Assembly: GCA_965235115.1 (NCBI GenBank)
Contig: OZ249452.1
Location: forward strand, 15,314,001 to 15,378,000
Direction: 5' to 3'
Origin: Laetmonice hystrix
Taxonomy: Eukaryota
Length of the DNA: 64,000 bases
A program made the position numbers and the translations under genes. Of the stretch, positions 24,988 to 37,394 are shown in pieces. Every line of letters starts with the position of its first letter. Position 1 is the first letter of the stretch. Below the pieces are notes generated by a model. That model was not told the origin of the DNA and searched no databases. It was given only the letters and a program-made list of their open reading frames with translations.

Positions 24988-26074
24988 GTGGGGATCTGGA
25001 ATGTGTTGTGCAATTCGTCGCATATTTCAGACAAGTACAACTTGGAATTCAGGCAATGTACGGCTACGCTCTCTCAACCTTGTGGAGAAACATTTGGTAG
25101 GTCCGCTATATTATGACGGTCACCCCACCAATGCAGTTTGCGAAGGGTTGGGGGTTGTAGCCGTAACATGTCCCTAATCTGGGGAATTGTACCCGACTTA
25201 ACTTGGCTTGACTGACCGATCCTCTACACCACACCGACACACCATCCAACCTGTCACATTCATTATCCATTTATCCAACAATACATTGCCCTTTTCTTAT
25301 TCCTCCAATCTGAATGTTCTTCTACCTTTGACATATATATATATCACCTCAGGCAACAACTTGAGCTCCTTTACCTGTGCTGTTGTTAGAATATAGCACA
25401 CCTCCCCTCGGCAGGTGTTATTATCACACCAGTGGTAACCTAGTGCCCCCGCCCGCCCCCCACCCCCACACCGTGCCGGAGATTGCGGTCACCAAGCCCT
25501 GACGACTCGAGCTCCAACACAAGGACTAGGACCATTAAATCCCACCTCGGCCCGTCCTGAGTAATAGCCAAATGATGACCTGACCTGGCAGACCAATCAG
25601 AGTGTGTGATACATAATATACTAACTTCTCAATGACGACATGTCTGACCTTGGCCTGTTGGGCTACTCGCCCCGTCCTACGGAGGGTGGGTGGGGTGGGG
25701 GCCTTAGAAACTACCCCATATCTCCAAACACAATGTAAATGACGCCCCTCCTAACCCGAATACCTTACCACTCAAACTCCGCCACCAACATTCCATAACA
25801 ATATGCACTAAAAGTATGCAAAACATGGCCGTATGTCTCACCTATACTGAACCTGTCACAGTGTCACTCCTTCAGACTACATGTACGTTCACAAGGGTTA
25901 CTGCAGGCCCGTCCTCCTGGGGGGGGGGGGGGGGGGGGTAAATCCGTTATATGTATATGTTTCAGAAAACTGCCCCTAAACTACCATTCCAAAGTACGTT
26001 AACTTCCCCTGAAAGGGCAATCCTCCTGCCTCACAAAGTCGGCTACAGCTAGGGCCGCGGGCAACTATGCCACA

Positions 26075-26741
26075 TACCCAGTGTTAGTAGCAGTACAATA
26101 TTATACCATCACACAGGTGAGATACCCAGTGTTAGTAGCAGTACAATATTATACCATCACACAGGTGAGATACCCAGTGTTAGTAGCAGTACAATATTAT
26201 ACCATCCTACTCACAGGTGAGATACCCAGTGTTAGTAGCAGTACAATATTATACCATCCTACTCACAGGTGAGATACCCAGTGTTAGTAGCAGTACAATA
26301 TTATACCATCCTACTCACAGGTGAGATACCCAGTGTTAGTAGCAGTACAATATTATACCATCCTACTCACAGGTGACATACCCAGTGTTAGTAGCAGTAC
26401 AATATTATACCATCCTACTCACAGGTGAGATACCCAGTGTTAGTAGCAGTACAATATTATACCATCCTACTCACAGGTGAGATACTCAGTGTTAGTAGCA
26501 GTACAATATTATACCATCCTACTCACAGGTGAGATACCCAGTGTTAGTAGCAGTACAATATTATACCATCCTACTCACAGGTGAGATACCCAGTGTTAGT
26601 AGCAGTACAATATTATACCATCCTACTCACAGGTGAGATACCCAGTGTTAGTAGCAGCACACTATTATACCATCCTACTCACAGGTGAGATACCCAGTGT
26701 TAGTAGCAGTACAATATTATACCATCCTACTCACAGGTGAG
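26075..26741. repeat. 52-bp minisatellite (first two units 48 bp), about 13 copies
   Basis: cccagtgttagtagcagtacaatattataccatcctactcacaggtgagata. Confidence 0.97.
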
Positions 26742-26973
26742 TCCCTCATCTTCCAGTTCCTCGATACTGACATAGAAGAAGGACCTCCGTTTGTCAGCGG
26801 TCTGTGTCTGACGGACGGCCGCCATGGCAGTCAGTTCCTTAGTCTGTCTGTCCCGACGTGGTGCGACAGTTAATGATCCAGAGAGATGGCTGTCCACTTG
26901 TTAACTCTTGGTACAACGGTATGTGTGACTTACAGCAGTAGTCTAAAACAACTGGCACATCTGTAGTCTTAAG

Positions 26974-27801
26974 ACTCACACCAGTCCTGTAGTCCCAGGG
27001 AACTCACACAAGTCCTGTAGTCCCAGGGGACTCACACCAGTCCTGTAGTCCCAGGGAACTCACACAAGTCCTGTAGTCCCAGGGGACTCACACCAGTCCT
27101 GTAGTCCCAGGGAACTCACACAAGTCCTGTAGTCCCAGGGGACTCACACCAGTCCTGTAGTCCCAGGGAACTCACACCCGTCCTGTAGTCCCAGGGGACT
27201 CACACAAGTCCTGTAGTCCCAGGGAACTCACACCAGTCCTGTAGTCCCAGGGAACTCACACCAGTCCTGTAGTCCCAGGGAACTCACACCAGTCCTGTAG
27301 TCCCAGGGAACTCACACCAGTCCTGTAGTCCCAGGGGACTCACACAAGTCCTGTAGTCCCAGGGAACTCACACCAGTCCTGTAGTCCCAGGGGACTCACA
27401 CCAGTCCTGTAGTCCCAGGGGACTCACACAAGTCCTGTAGTCCCAGGGAACTCACACCAGTCCTGTAGTCCCAGGGAACTCACACCAGTCCTGTAGTCCC
27501 AGGGAACTCACACCAGTCCTGTAGTCCCAGGGGACTCACACAAGTCCTGTAGTCCCAGGGGACTCACACCAGTCCTGTAGTCCCAGGGGACTCACACAAG
27601 TCCTGTAGTCCCAGGGGACTCACACCAGTCCTGTAGTCCCAGGGAACTCACACCAGTCCTGTAGTCCCAGGGAACTCACACCAGTCCTGTAGTCCCAGGG
27701 AACTCACACAAGTCCTGTAGTCCCAGGGAACTCACGCAAGTCCTGTAGTCCCAGGGAACTCACACCAGTCCTGTAGTCCCAGGGAACTCACACCAGTCCT
27801 G
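26974..27801. repeat. 28-bp minisatellite, about 29 copies
   Basis: ccagtcctgtagtcccaggg(a/g)actcaca. Confidence 0.97.
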
Positions 27802-27812
27802 CATTTGTATTT

Positions 27813-28410
27813 GAATTCGCACCTGTAGGTACCAGGGGCAATGAACTCGCACCTGTAAGTACCAGGGGCACTGAAGTCCCACCTGTCGGTACCAGTAGCA
27901 CTGAACTCCCACCTGTTGGTACCAGGGGCAATGAACTCGCACCTGTAGGTACCAGGGGCAATGAACTCACACCTGTAGGTACCAGTAGGACTGAACTCCC
28001 ACCTGTATGTACCAGGGGCACTGAACTCCCACCTGTTGGTACCAGTAGCACTGAACTCCCACCTGTATGTACCAGGGGCACTGAACTCACACCTGTAGGT
28101 ACCAGGGGCACTGAACTCCCACCTGTTGGTACCAGTAGCACTGAACTCCCACCTGTATGTACCAGGGGCACTGAACTCCCACCTGTTGGTACCAGTAGCA
28201 CTGAACTCCCACCTGTATGTACCAGGGGCACTGAACTCACACCTGTAGGTACCAGGGGCACTGAACTCGCACCTGTATGTACCAGGGGCAATGAACTCCC
28301 ACCTGTAGGTACCAGAGCACTGAACTCGCACCTGTATGTACCAGGGGCACTGAACTCCCACCTGTATGTACCAGGGGCAATGAACTCCCACAGGGGTACT
28401 GAACTCACAC
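27813..28410. repeat. 30-bp minisatellite, about 20 copies
   Basis: gaactcccacctgtatgtaccaggggcact; explains the 206-219 aa periodic ORFs. Confidence 0.96.
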
Positions 28411-30137
28411 CCGTTGTCTACAGGACCAAGTACCTGGCATCCGGTACTGATCCAGAGACCTAACTGTCTGGTGCACCTTGCCCACAGAACTCCAGGTTGT
28501 CCAGGTGTTCCAACTGCTATTTCCTATATCATCACCTCTGTGTGTGTGTGCCTCTCATTCCCAACCCATACCGTCTGCGGTCGCAGGCTGGCCAAACTTG
28601 AAAGGGGACACCCGTGGTTGTGACACGGAAGTTCCAAGGATGTGTCTGCTTCCCCTCGCCACCAGGGGGCGGGAGGGGCGCTGTCACGGAGGCCTTGTCC
28701 CAGTTATAACTATGTGACCTCAATATGTCAGGGCTGTGTGGACAAAGCCCCTCCGGGGCCGGCTGACATCCATGGATCCCTTCTAGTTAACGTTATGTGT
28801 TTAGATCACAATGGTCGCTGTGGCAACCGCTGGCTCGGTATTCCGTGTTTACCCAGTTCTTTCCTTTTTCTCCTCTAGCACCTTCCTGCACGCTTTGTTC
28901 CCATAATGCTGTGTTTCGGCCTACTTGTATAATAATGTTTGCACGTACTCAACTTTACTATACTTACTTCGACTGCACGGACCATTATCTCAAGAACTGA
29001 CCTAGACTCCTTTTTGTTATTTTTCACTCGTCTTAAAACTCGCTTTACATTTTACAGGTGGAAGGTATGTTAACTGGTGGTGTATCATTCCGGCTACACC
29101 GGTACATGGTGTAACCACAAATATTTCCCCTCGGGTTATAAGTATTCCAGCCGATCATTCCGGTACATATTTCAATTTTATACCGAACTTACGTACTCTC
29201 AAACGAGGAAGTGTCCAAAATTAGGAGCACCAAGTTGTTTCTGTTTGTTAAATTAAAAAATAAAAAAAATAATTGACAGAAATCTCTTCCCTTCCTTGTA
29301 CTTGATAGATTTTGTCCGGGTGGTATATTGCTGAACAAGTTGATATTTCCCCATCCAGGCCCAGTATTTAATCACGTATGTTATTTTCATTTTTGCCCAG
29401 ACGTAAATCTCGACAATGACCTATACAGACCAGCTTATCTAAAACACACAGAAATATTCACATACCAACGATACCCAAGTCAAACAAACATGAGAAAAAT
29501 TCCAAATCCACCAAAACAACGCTTCAACATCGACTTCAGTTATCTATGTACGTCATCATGTTTTTACTATCAGTATCAGTCAGCACTATCCGGGAAGTTT
29601 GTATTTGTGATAAATGAGGTTATATTTTCCTTGGTCGGTGTATCATCTTGTTGTAGATTACCACAATTACCCCCCCCCCCCCCCACCCCCACCCCCACGC
29701 CAGTCTCCTGGCTGCTAGGATGGGCAGACTGATGTATGACTTCAGACATATGGTTGACTTCCAACCACCATATCATGGTAAATATCACGACCTGGGAGCA
29801 CGGTCGTGTCGGTAGATATGACTCACAATGGTGTGTATGTCCTCACATCAGAGGATGAGTCGGTCCGACCTGCCGCATGTTTCGTCGGTAACACAGTAGT
29901 TCCCAACTTGTGGAAACCTCGCCCCCGTCCCACATCCAGCAAATAAATACTACGTAAAAAATAGGATAACAAGGGCACATATCCTATACACTGAGCAGAC
30001 TAAACCAGACTTCTGGGTCGGCTTTCAACTATACACAACACAAATAATATCTATGAGTGAGCTGAGACGAGTGTTGACTAATCTATCGGGACCCGATATG
30101 ATGAAACAACGACCTACACCTACTGACTTCTATCAGC

Positions 30138-31708
30138 ACTCACAAGCTGCCAGAATGTAGGAGCTCAGAGACTGACTCACGACCTGCCAGAGTGTAGGAG
30201 CTCAGAGACTGACTCGCGACCTGCCAGAGTGTAGGAGCTCAGAGACTGACTCACGAGCTGCCAGAGTGTGGGAGCTCAGAGACTGACTCACGAGCTGCCA
30301 GAGTGTAGGAGCTCAGAGACTGACTCACGACCTGCCAGAGTGTAGGAGCTCAGAGACTGACTCACGACCTGCCAGAGTGTAGGAGCTCAGAGACTGACTC
30401 ACGAGCTGCCAGAGTGTAGGAGCTCAGAGACTGACTCACGAGCTGCCAGAGTGTTGGAGCTCAGAGACTGACTCACAAGCTGCCAGAGTGTAGGAGCTCA
30501 GAAACTGACTCATGAGCTGCCAGAGTGTAGGAGCTCAGAGACTGACTCACGAGCTGCCAGAGTGTGGGAGCTCAGAGACTGACTCATGAGCTGCTAGAGT
30601 GTGGGAGCTCAGAGACTGACTCATGAGCTGCCAGAGTGTAGGAGCACAGAGACTGACTCACGACCTGCCAGAGTGTAGGAGCTCAGAGACTGACTCACGA
30701 GCTGCCAGAGTGTAGGAGCTCAGAGACTGACTCACAAGCTGCCGGAGTGTAGGAGCTCAGAGACTGACTCACGACCTGCCAGAGTGTAGGAGCTCAGAGA
30801 CTGACTCACGACCTGCCAGAGTGTAGGAGCTCAGAGACTGACTCACAAGCTGCTAGAGTGTAGGAGCTCAGAGACTGACTCACGAGCTGCCAGAGTGTAG
30901 GAGCTCAGAGACTGACTCACGACCTGCCAGAGTGTAGGAGCTCAGAGACTGACTCACGACCTGCCAGAGTGTAGGAGCTCAGAGACTGACTCACGACCTG
31001 CCAGAGTGTAGGAGCTTAGAGACTGACTCACAAGCTGCTAGAGTGTAGGAGCTCAGAGACTGACTCACGAGCTGCCAGAGTGTAGGAGCTCAGAGACTGA
31101 CTCACGAGCTGTCAGAGTGTAGGAGCTCAGAGACTGACTCACGAGCTGTCAGAGTGTAGGAGCTCAGAGACTGACTCATGAGCTGCCAGAGTGTAGGAGC
31201 ACAGAGACTGACTCACGAGCTGCCAGAGTGTAGGAGCTCAGAGACTGACTCACGACCTGCCAGAGTGTAGGAGCTCAGAGACTGACTCACGACCTGCCAG
31301 AGTGTAGGAGCTCAGAGACTGACTCACGACCTGCCAGAGTGTAGGAGCTCAGAGACTGACTCACGAGCTGCCAGAGTGTAGGAGCTCAAAGACTGACTCA
31401 CGAGCTGCCGGAGTGTAGGAGCTCAGAGACTGACTCACGACCTGCCAGAGTGTAGGAGCTCAGAGACTGACTCACGACCTGCCAGAGTGTAGGAGCTCAG
31501 AGACTGACTCACAAGCTGCTAGAGTGTAGGAGCTCAGAGACTGACTCACAAGCTGCCAGAGTGTAGGAGCTCAGAGACTGACTCACGACCTGCCAGAGTG
31601 TAGGAGCTCAGAGACTGACTCACGACCTGCCAGAGTGTAGGAGCTCACAGACTTGCTCACAAGCTGCTAGAGTTTTAGAGCTCACAGACTGACTCACGAG
31701 CTACCAGA
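30138..31708. repeat. 37-bp minisatellite, about 42 copies
   Basis: ctgccagagtgtaggagctcagagactgactcacga(c/g). Confidence 0.98.
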
Positions 31709-34700
31709 TGATAATACAAGGTAACCATAACTGACTTGACTTTGTTTATTAACCGGGCCCCAGGTCCATCCACTCTGTAGTGCTGCCATGTAACACCACT
31801 ACTGGCACTTTGTCGGGGTCAAGATTCATCTGACCCCGCCGAGGACAATGGCTTTGACCTCTGACCCCTGACCTAGATCCCACTGACACAAGTCACTTAC
31901 TGATGTATCTCTGGTGCAATGAAAGATCTACTGTACTTACAGCAGATCTGTGGCTGCCTTTCTACCATGGACCCAGGTTTAAGAATCGTGACCTAGCTAT
32001 CGACGCCATGTTTTGTATCACGGTTCGTCCCTGGAGTCAGGACGTCAAATCTAGGAGTCTCCCAGATCTTTGACCCACTGTTCATCGATCACATACTCCC
32101 GAACAGTTCACTAAGTTATCCTAAAGATAGCAAGTGCAGCATCAGCCGCAGCGGGACACTTTATATCACTTTTACGGGTTGTGACTTTTCCCAGTTTTGG
32201 GCCTGGATTTGCGTCTTCCTGAATTCCCTCCCTGCAGTACGGTCCAAACATCGCGGAAAGATTCATTCTACCATGATGGATGCGGACCGTGCAGACAAAA
32301 TCAGGACTTTCACTTTCACTTTGATTAACCCCTTAAAGCCATCATAACCATAAAGATCTAACTCAGAAACAAACACATTTTCACCAAATGATTATTTGAC
32401 CTTTGACCTGGGGTCACCAGGGGTCACCATACCTTCAGATTCATCGATCCGTGTCGACCTGATCATAGACCGCCGGATCCGCCTGAGTTGTTCCATGACG
32501 TCACGTGACCCTCACTGACCGCCGATCGTCTGCCTCAGTGATGACGTAATATGGGGGTTTGCGCCCGAGTCCAAGTTACCCGCCCGCTATTGGGGTACTG
32601 TTACTGTTACTTTACCTTTAATCCTTACTTAATCCACAGGTTCCCGGGTTAGGTTAATCCCTTGTACACAACACCAGAGTAATGCCTTGGATGTACAACA
32701 CCAAGTGTATAATCCTTGAGGTGCTAATCTCCAATAAATCCACAAGTGTTTAATCCTTGAAGTGCTTATCTCCAGTAAATCCACACGTGTCCCTGATAGG
32801 TAGTTTAACAACCACTCCACCTATGTATAGACCTGTGTCGGTACACTATCACTGAGTGAGGATATGGATGGCGACAAAACGCCGTGACAGCGGCTCACGA
32901 CACCATACTGACACCACCGCCCTCTGTGAACAACAACGTGAACAACTCCCCAAACACCTCCTCTCCTGACTTGGTGTGAAAAACTTCAACCCTCTCCGAC
33001 CAGATCGGAGATCGCTCTCTGCCAGAGAATCGAGTTGTACCCGCTGTTTGATTCGACTCGACTACACTGCCTGCCGGATGGCCTATCCCTCCATGACGCT
33101 CACGGTGAAAAGGATCAAGGGATAGCCCTTCATTCCCGAAATAAACTCTTGCTCATAGGCCCCCTACAGCTGAATCCTCCTTATCTGATATCGAGGCTTT
33201 CTATCTAAACTAGTCACGTGACTGATTCCAAGCAATCAGTCACATGAGAGGTCAGATAAGTTTATCTCCTTAACCCACAGACCTGTTAAAATAAATCGGC
33301 GACAAAAAATCCAAAACACACGGTCAACAAGTCAGTGTATTTTTTCTGCAGTTCTCCGAAGCGGTGGTCTATTACAAGAGACAAGACTAGTTGGGCGAGC
33401 GGGTCAGTTACCATGGTGATGACCTTCATCTGTCTGATGGGACTCATCCTTGATGACAGAGTGTGACGTGAGGTGTTTCCCCTGAACTCCCCCCCCTCCC
33501 GCCTTAACCACCATCCCTATGACCGACTATAACATATAGTCCACATATGATGTGGGTCTACCACCTCGGCCACAAGTCGCTGTGTACATGTTGGAGGTGA
33601 TCTCCCTGAACTCTTTACTCCACTAGGGGCGTCTATGTATGTCAGTCTGGTGGCAAGGCTGCTTAAGTGGAGCAAGCTACAGTGGTCAGGGTTATTTTTG
33701 CCTTTACACGCCATACATATTATACATTTAGTCCTTTAATTAGCAGAACTTTGACGAAAAGTTATCCAATGAAACATATTTCCATACATAGAGAAAGGCT
33801 TCCATAACCGGAGATATAACCTTTCTCCATTGATTCCCAACAGTTTCATGACTTTCGAATAAACCCGTTTTTCCCTGTTATTACACATCTGACGAGGATC
33901 ATTTAACTTCAGAACGGCTTCCCTCCTGACGGGGATGTCCCGTGCGTCGACCAGAATGGACAAATAGAAATTCAGGATGTCCTGCCTCCTCATGTGTCAC
34001 GTGACCTGCTGGGTCTGAGTACGTTCTCTCACCGCACCTTGTGGCTGTGAGTGTGGTCTGTGGTTCACGAACATTTCAATCACTTTGCCACAACTCTGGG
34101 CCCTGACTCCAAGGTCAACCGGACAACCCTGAAGGTCATCAAGGTGTGTTACCATCGTTATGGTCACGGGTGATTGGTTCAGTCCAGGGAGGAGGCAAGG
34201 AACGTTGATGACGTCACAAACAGGTGTTCCACGTGGAGGGGCGGTGGAATCGGGAAAAGTGAGAGCACTATTATTTTTCTCAACGGATTTGCACCAACCT
34301 CAGGATTGACAAAATCATAGAACTCAGCAACGATGACCAAACAAAGATGATCAGCGGACAATTCTCCTGCCTGTGGTCATGGCACAGTTTGAAACAACAT
34401 GGGTTAGATCATACAAGGAAGCTAAGCCAGCGAGTGGGGAGGTGGGGAATCCTGGCGCTATGACCCAGTGAACATAGAATCGATCCAGGAAACATTCTCA
34501 CTGTCTGCTATGGAACGAGGGCGACACCTACTGTGCAAAGTCGGAACTAGAGTGGAACGCACACTGGCGGCTCCACTGCCTTCCAGGAAAGGAACAGGAA
34601 CGTGTGGGCTGGGCTCATCGGATACTGAGGAAGACCTTCAAGCCATCCACGTTATCTCAAAGTTCAATGACTCCAAAATGGTTGTTGACCTGGCATTGAC

Positions 34701-34872
34701 TTGAACAGCCAATGAAATTCATTGGGCAATTAACCGATGAATTTCATTGGTTGTTTAAGTCAATGTCAGGTCAACGATTTTGTCAACAAACAACCATAAG
34801 CCGATAAACCTTTTCCATATTATACTAAACTGAAAATGGCCGAAGCATAACCCATGATGGTTCCCTTGATCG

Positions 34873-35020
34873 CTATTAGGGGGCGCTGTGGATGTTAATG
34901 TTTCCAGTCGTCTCGACCAACCCCATTACTGCTGCCACCTGGTGACATGATCACACATCGTCTAACACGCCGGACTTGTATGGTGGTCTGGGCGTCCGCT
35001 GCTTACAGCGCCACCTGGAG
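34873..35020. promoter_or_regulatory. Cluster of three CTCF-like motifs
   Basis: ctattagggggcgctg (+, 34873), ctgccacctggtg (-, 34932) and cagcgccacctggag (-, 35006). Confidence 0.45.
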
Positions 35021-36050
35021 CATTTTAAGACCTCATTCCGGTTGGATGAGAGATAGCCCTCCATAACATTCTGAGGCCACACATCTCCAAATACTGGATA
35101 AGAAATTATCATTCCACCATGCGTTACCAAATGTCTTTTATTATCCCAATGTTTTTATGGTAAACCAGCAGAGATTAGCCTCTCTAACCTTAGCAATATA
35201 AGCCCAGATTATCCCCTGATAATTAGGAAGAGTCACGTCAACAAACTCTTCCAGAGAGAAATCTAACCATGTGCCAGCCCCAGGATATTCACAGACACCT
35301 ACACTGTTCTCAGTCGACTTTCTCCGGCTAATTTCTACCCCCAACGCCCCTCACAACGAGTCGTATATATCCAGGCGGCGTTCATTCACAGCCCCGCGTC
35401 CAATCACCCCTTTCCAATGTCAATCTGCCTGCATGGATCCCGTCACCATGACAACCAAAACGACCGGCACAGGGAGGTGTCGTTGTAACAGACAGCGTAC
35501 ACCTGTGTGAGGGAGAAGCCTTTATTTCCACGCGCCGCCCACCATTGATTCCTCCCTGGACAGACCCAATCTGGCCCCCTCTCAACTCGTCTCTCAAACC
35601 TTGCTTGTGCCAGTATCTGCTTCTACACTCAGGAAAAATATGGCAGATACCCAGTCGTGAAACATGTTGTCTACACCATTCACAAAGTTTGACATCCTCC
35701 TGACCTCATGTGACCTCCAGCGTTTCTCCACTTGTCACGTGATCCTGGAGAACTTTTACCACGAACCGAAGTGGCCTCTGGCAGACAGAGTTTACTGCTA
35801 GCTACAAATAACAGATCTTAGCCAATGTAGCCTGCCTTCAAACGACCCTGTCGCTCTCTATCCCTATCTGATACTCTCAACCTGTCTATCTATCCGAGTC
35901 TGAAAACAACGTTATTCCTGAAAAATGTCTTACTCTGTTTTTTTATCAGATGGCAGGATTACCAATCTGTGTTCCCCCCTCAATTTTATTTGTCAAAGAT
36001 AGTGTAATTGACATGAGCTTGACATAACATTGACTTAAAAAACGACCTAC

Positions 36051-36300
36051 CTTCGTTTTCTATACTGGTGTGAGATCCTGACACCTTCAGGTTTGGCATT
36101 TGCTTCAATGTTGCCATGGGAACGAGTCCTTCCTGTGGGGTAACTCCAGACTCTGCCACTAGGGTGCGCACTAGGCACCACTCTGAATTGCCATTGGGTG
36201 AGGTGTCCACCACCTCCACTTTCTGACCCCTGGAGACGGACAATTCTTGACCATTGTTAGCGGTGAACTCCTCACCTATAACCCACACATCCGACGACAA
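36051..36300 (-). CDS. trio: Trio exon: SH3 domain (LSSDVWVIGEEFTANNGQELSVSRGQKVEVVD...WCLVRT...EGLVPMATLK...IENE), phase 0/1
   Basis: tttttcgtttcag acceptor and GTAGGT donor; matches the Trio SH3 pattern F.A....EL....GQ.VEV, WCLVRT and EGLVP. Confidence 0.95.
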
Positions 36301-37106
36301 CTGAAACGAGAAAATATTCACACATTAGACACCTACTGAAATTGGAGAACCCAGATAAAAACATTAGTTACCTAAGTTTACGTAGCATCCCTAGAAAGTA
36401 TTCCTGGAAACAACTTCGTAAACAGAATTCACACACGTCGAGAAAAGCCAAGAGCGTTTCTACGATGTTCCATGATCATACCTAACCACCCCTTGTTATG
36501 TTATGAACCTTTTCTCCTAGAACCTAAGCTGACCTTCAGACTGACAAAATGGCGATGTTCTGTTGTCGTACAGCTGCTGAGCTGCAAACTTCCTGGGGGG
36601 GGGGGGGTTCTCAGCTTCAGTACCACTGGGGCACCCATTAGGGGTGGGTTACACAGGGCTCACCTCCAATACACATTCTCCACGCCCTGTGCTAGCTATC
36701 TATAAACACCGCATGAGGCAAACTTCCCAACTGTGACTACAACTACAGGTAATTATTTAACCCCTTGGCAAACTTTGTAATCTTTATATTTTTAGATATT
36801 CCGCACAAGCTGATTCTCTTCCACTAATTTCAACAAAAATATCTTTACAAATTCCAATAAACCCTTGCCGTTATTAACATTTTTGACAATTTCCGAAATT
36901 AGTAAAAGTGCTCTATTCAAGATGAAGCGAAGTTTTTCAGTATTATACTCTGATACTCTCTGTCTCATAAAATAGTACACTATCGGCCCAAACCAGTGTG
37001 ACGTCAGCGGGACCCTCACGTTCCTAGTGTACGTCTATACCTGCCCCCGACACCCCCGGAATCTAGGTCAGGGAATCAATCACTCAGAGAGAGGCTCGTT
37101 CTATAC

Positions 37107-37394
37107 CTGGTCCTCTTCACTCGGCTCCACCAACTCTTCGCCCACACCGGTGGCGCCCCCATCTAGGTCAGCGGCCGATACCACTTGACCGTCACATGAC
37201 GCGTCCGTTCCGGCCAAACTCCCAGCTAGTGTCGTTTCGTTGTCGGTATTATCCGAGATTAGCGTTTTATCAGTTTCCTCTCCAATTTGTTGTTTCTCTA
37301 GGGATCCTTGCTGTTCTAGCTGCCGCCGACGTAACGGGGCCTTGAAATGCAACATGCGCATGATGCACGTGCCCACATACTGTAGCGTTGTCAT
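37107..37394 (-). CDS. Candidate alternative first coding exon upstream of the SH3 exon (MTTLQYVGTCIMRMLHFK...VEPSEEDQ), phase 0
   Basis: Kozak CACCATGA; 96 codons ending at CAG|GTATAG (weaker donor), in frame with the SH3 acceptor at 36300. Confidence 0.55.

Noticed and set aside
27732-28408. 206-219 aa ORFs with a 10-aa periodicity (GTYRWEFSAP)
   Set aside because: By-product of the 30-bp minisatellite; no splice or start context and no domain resemblance.
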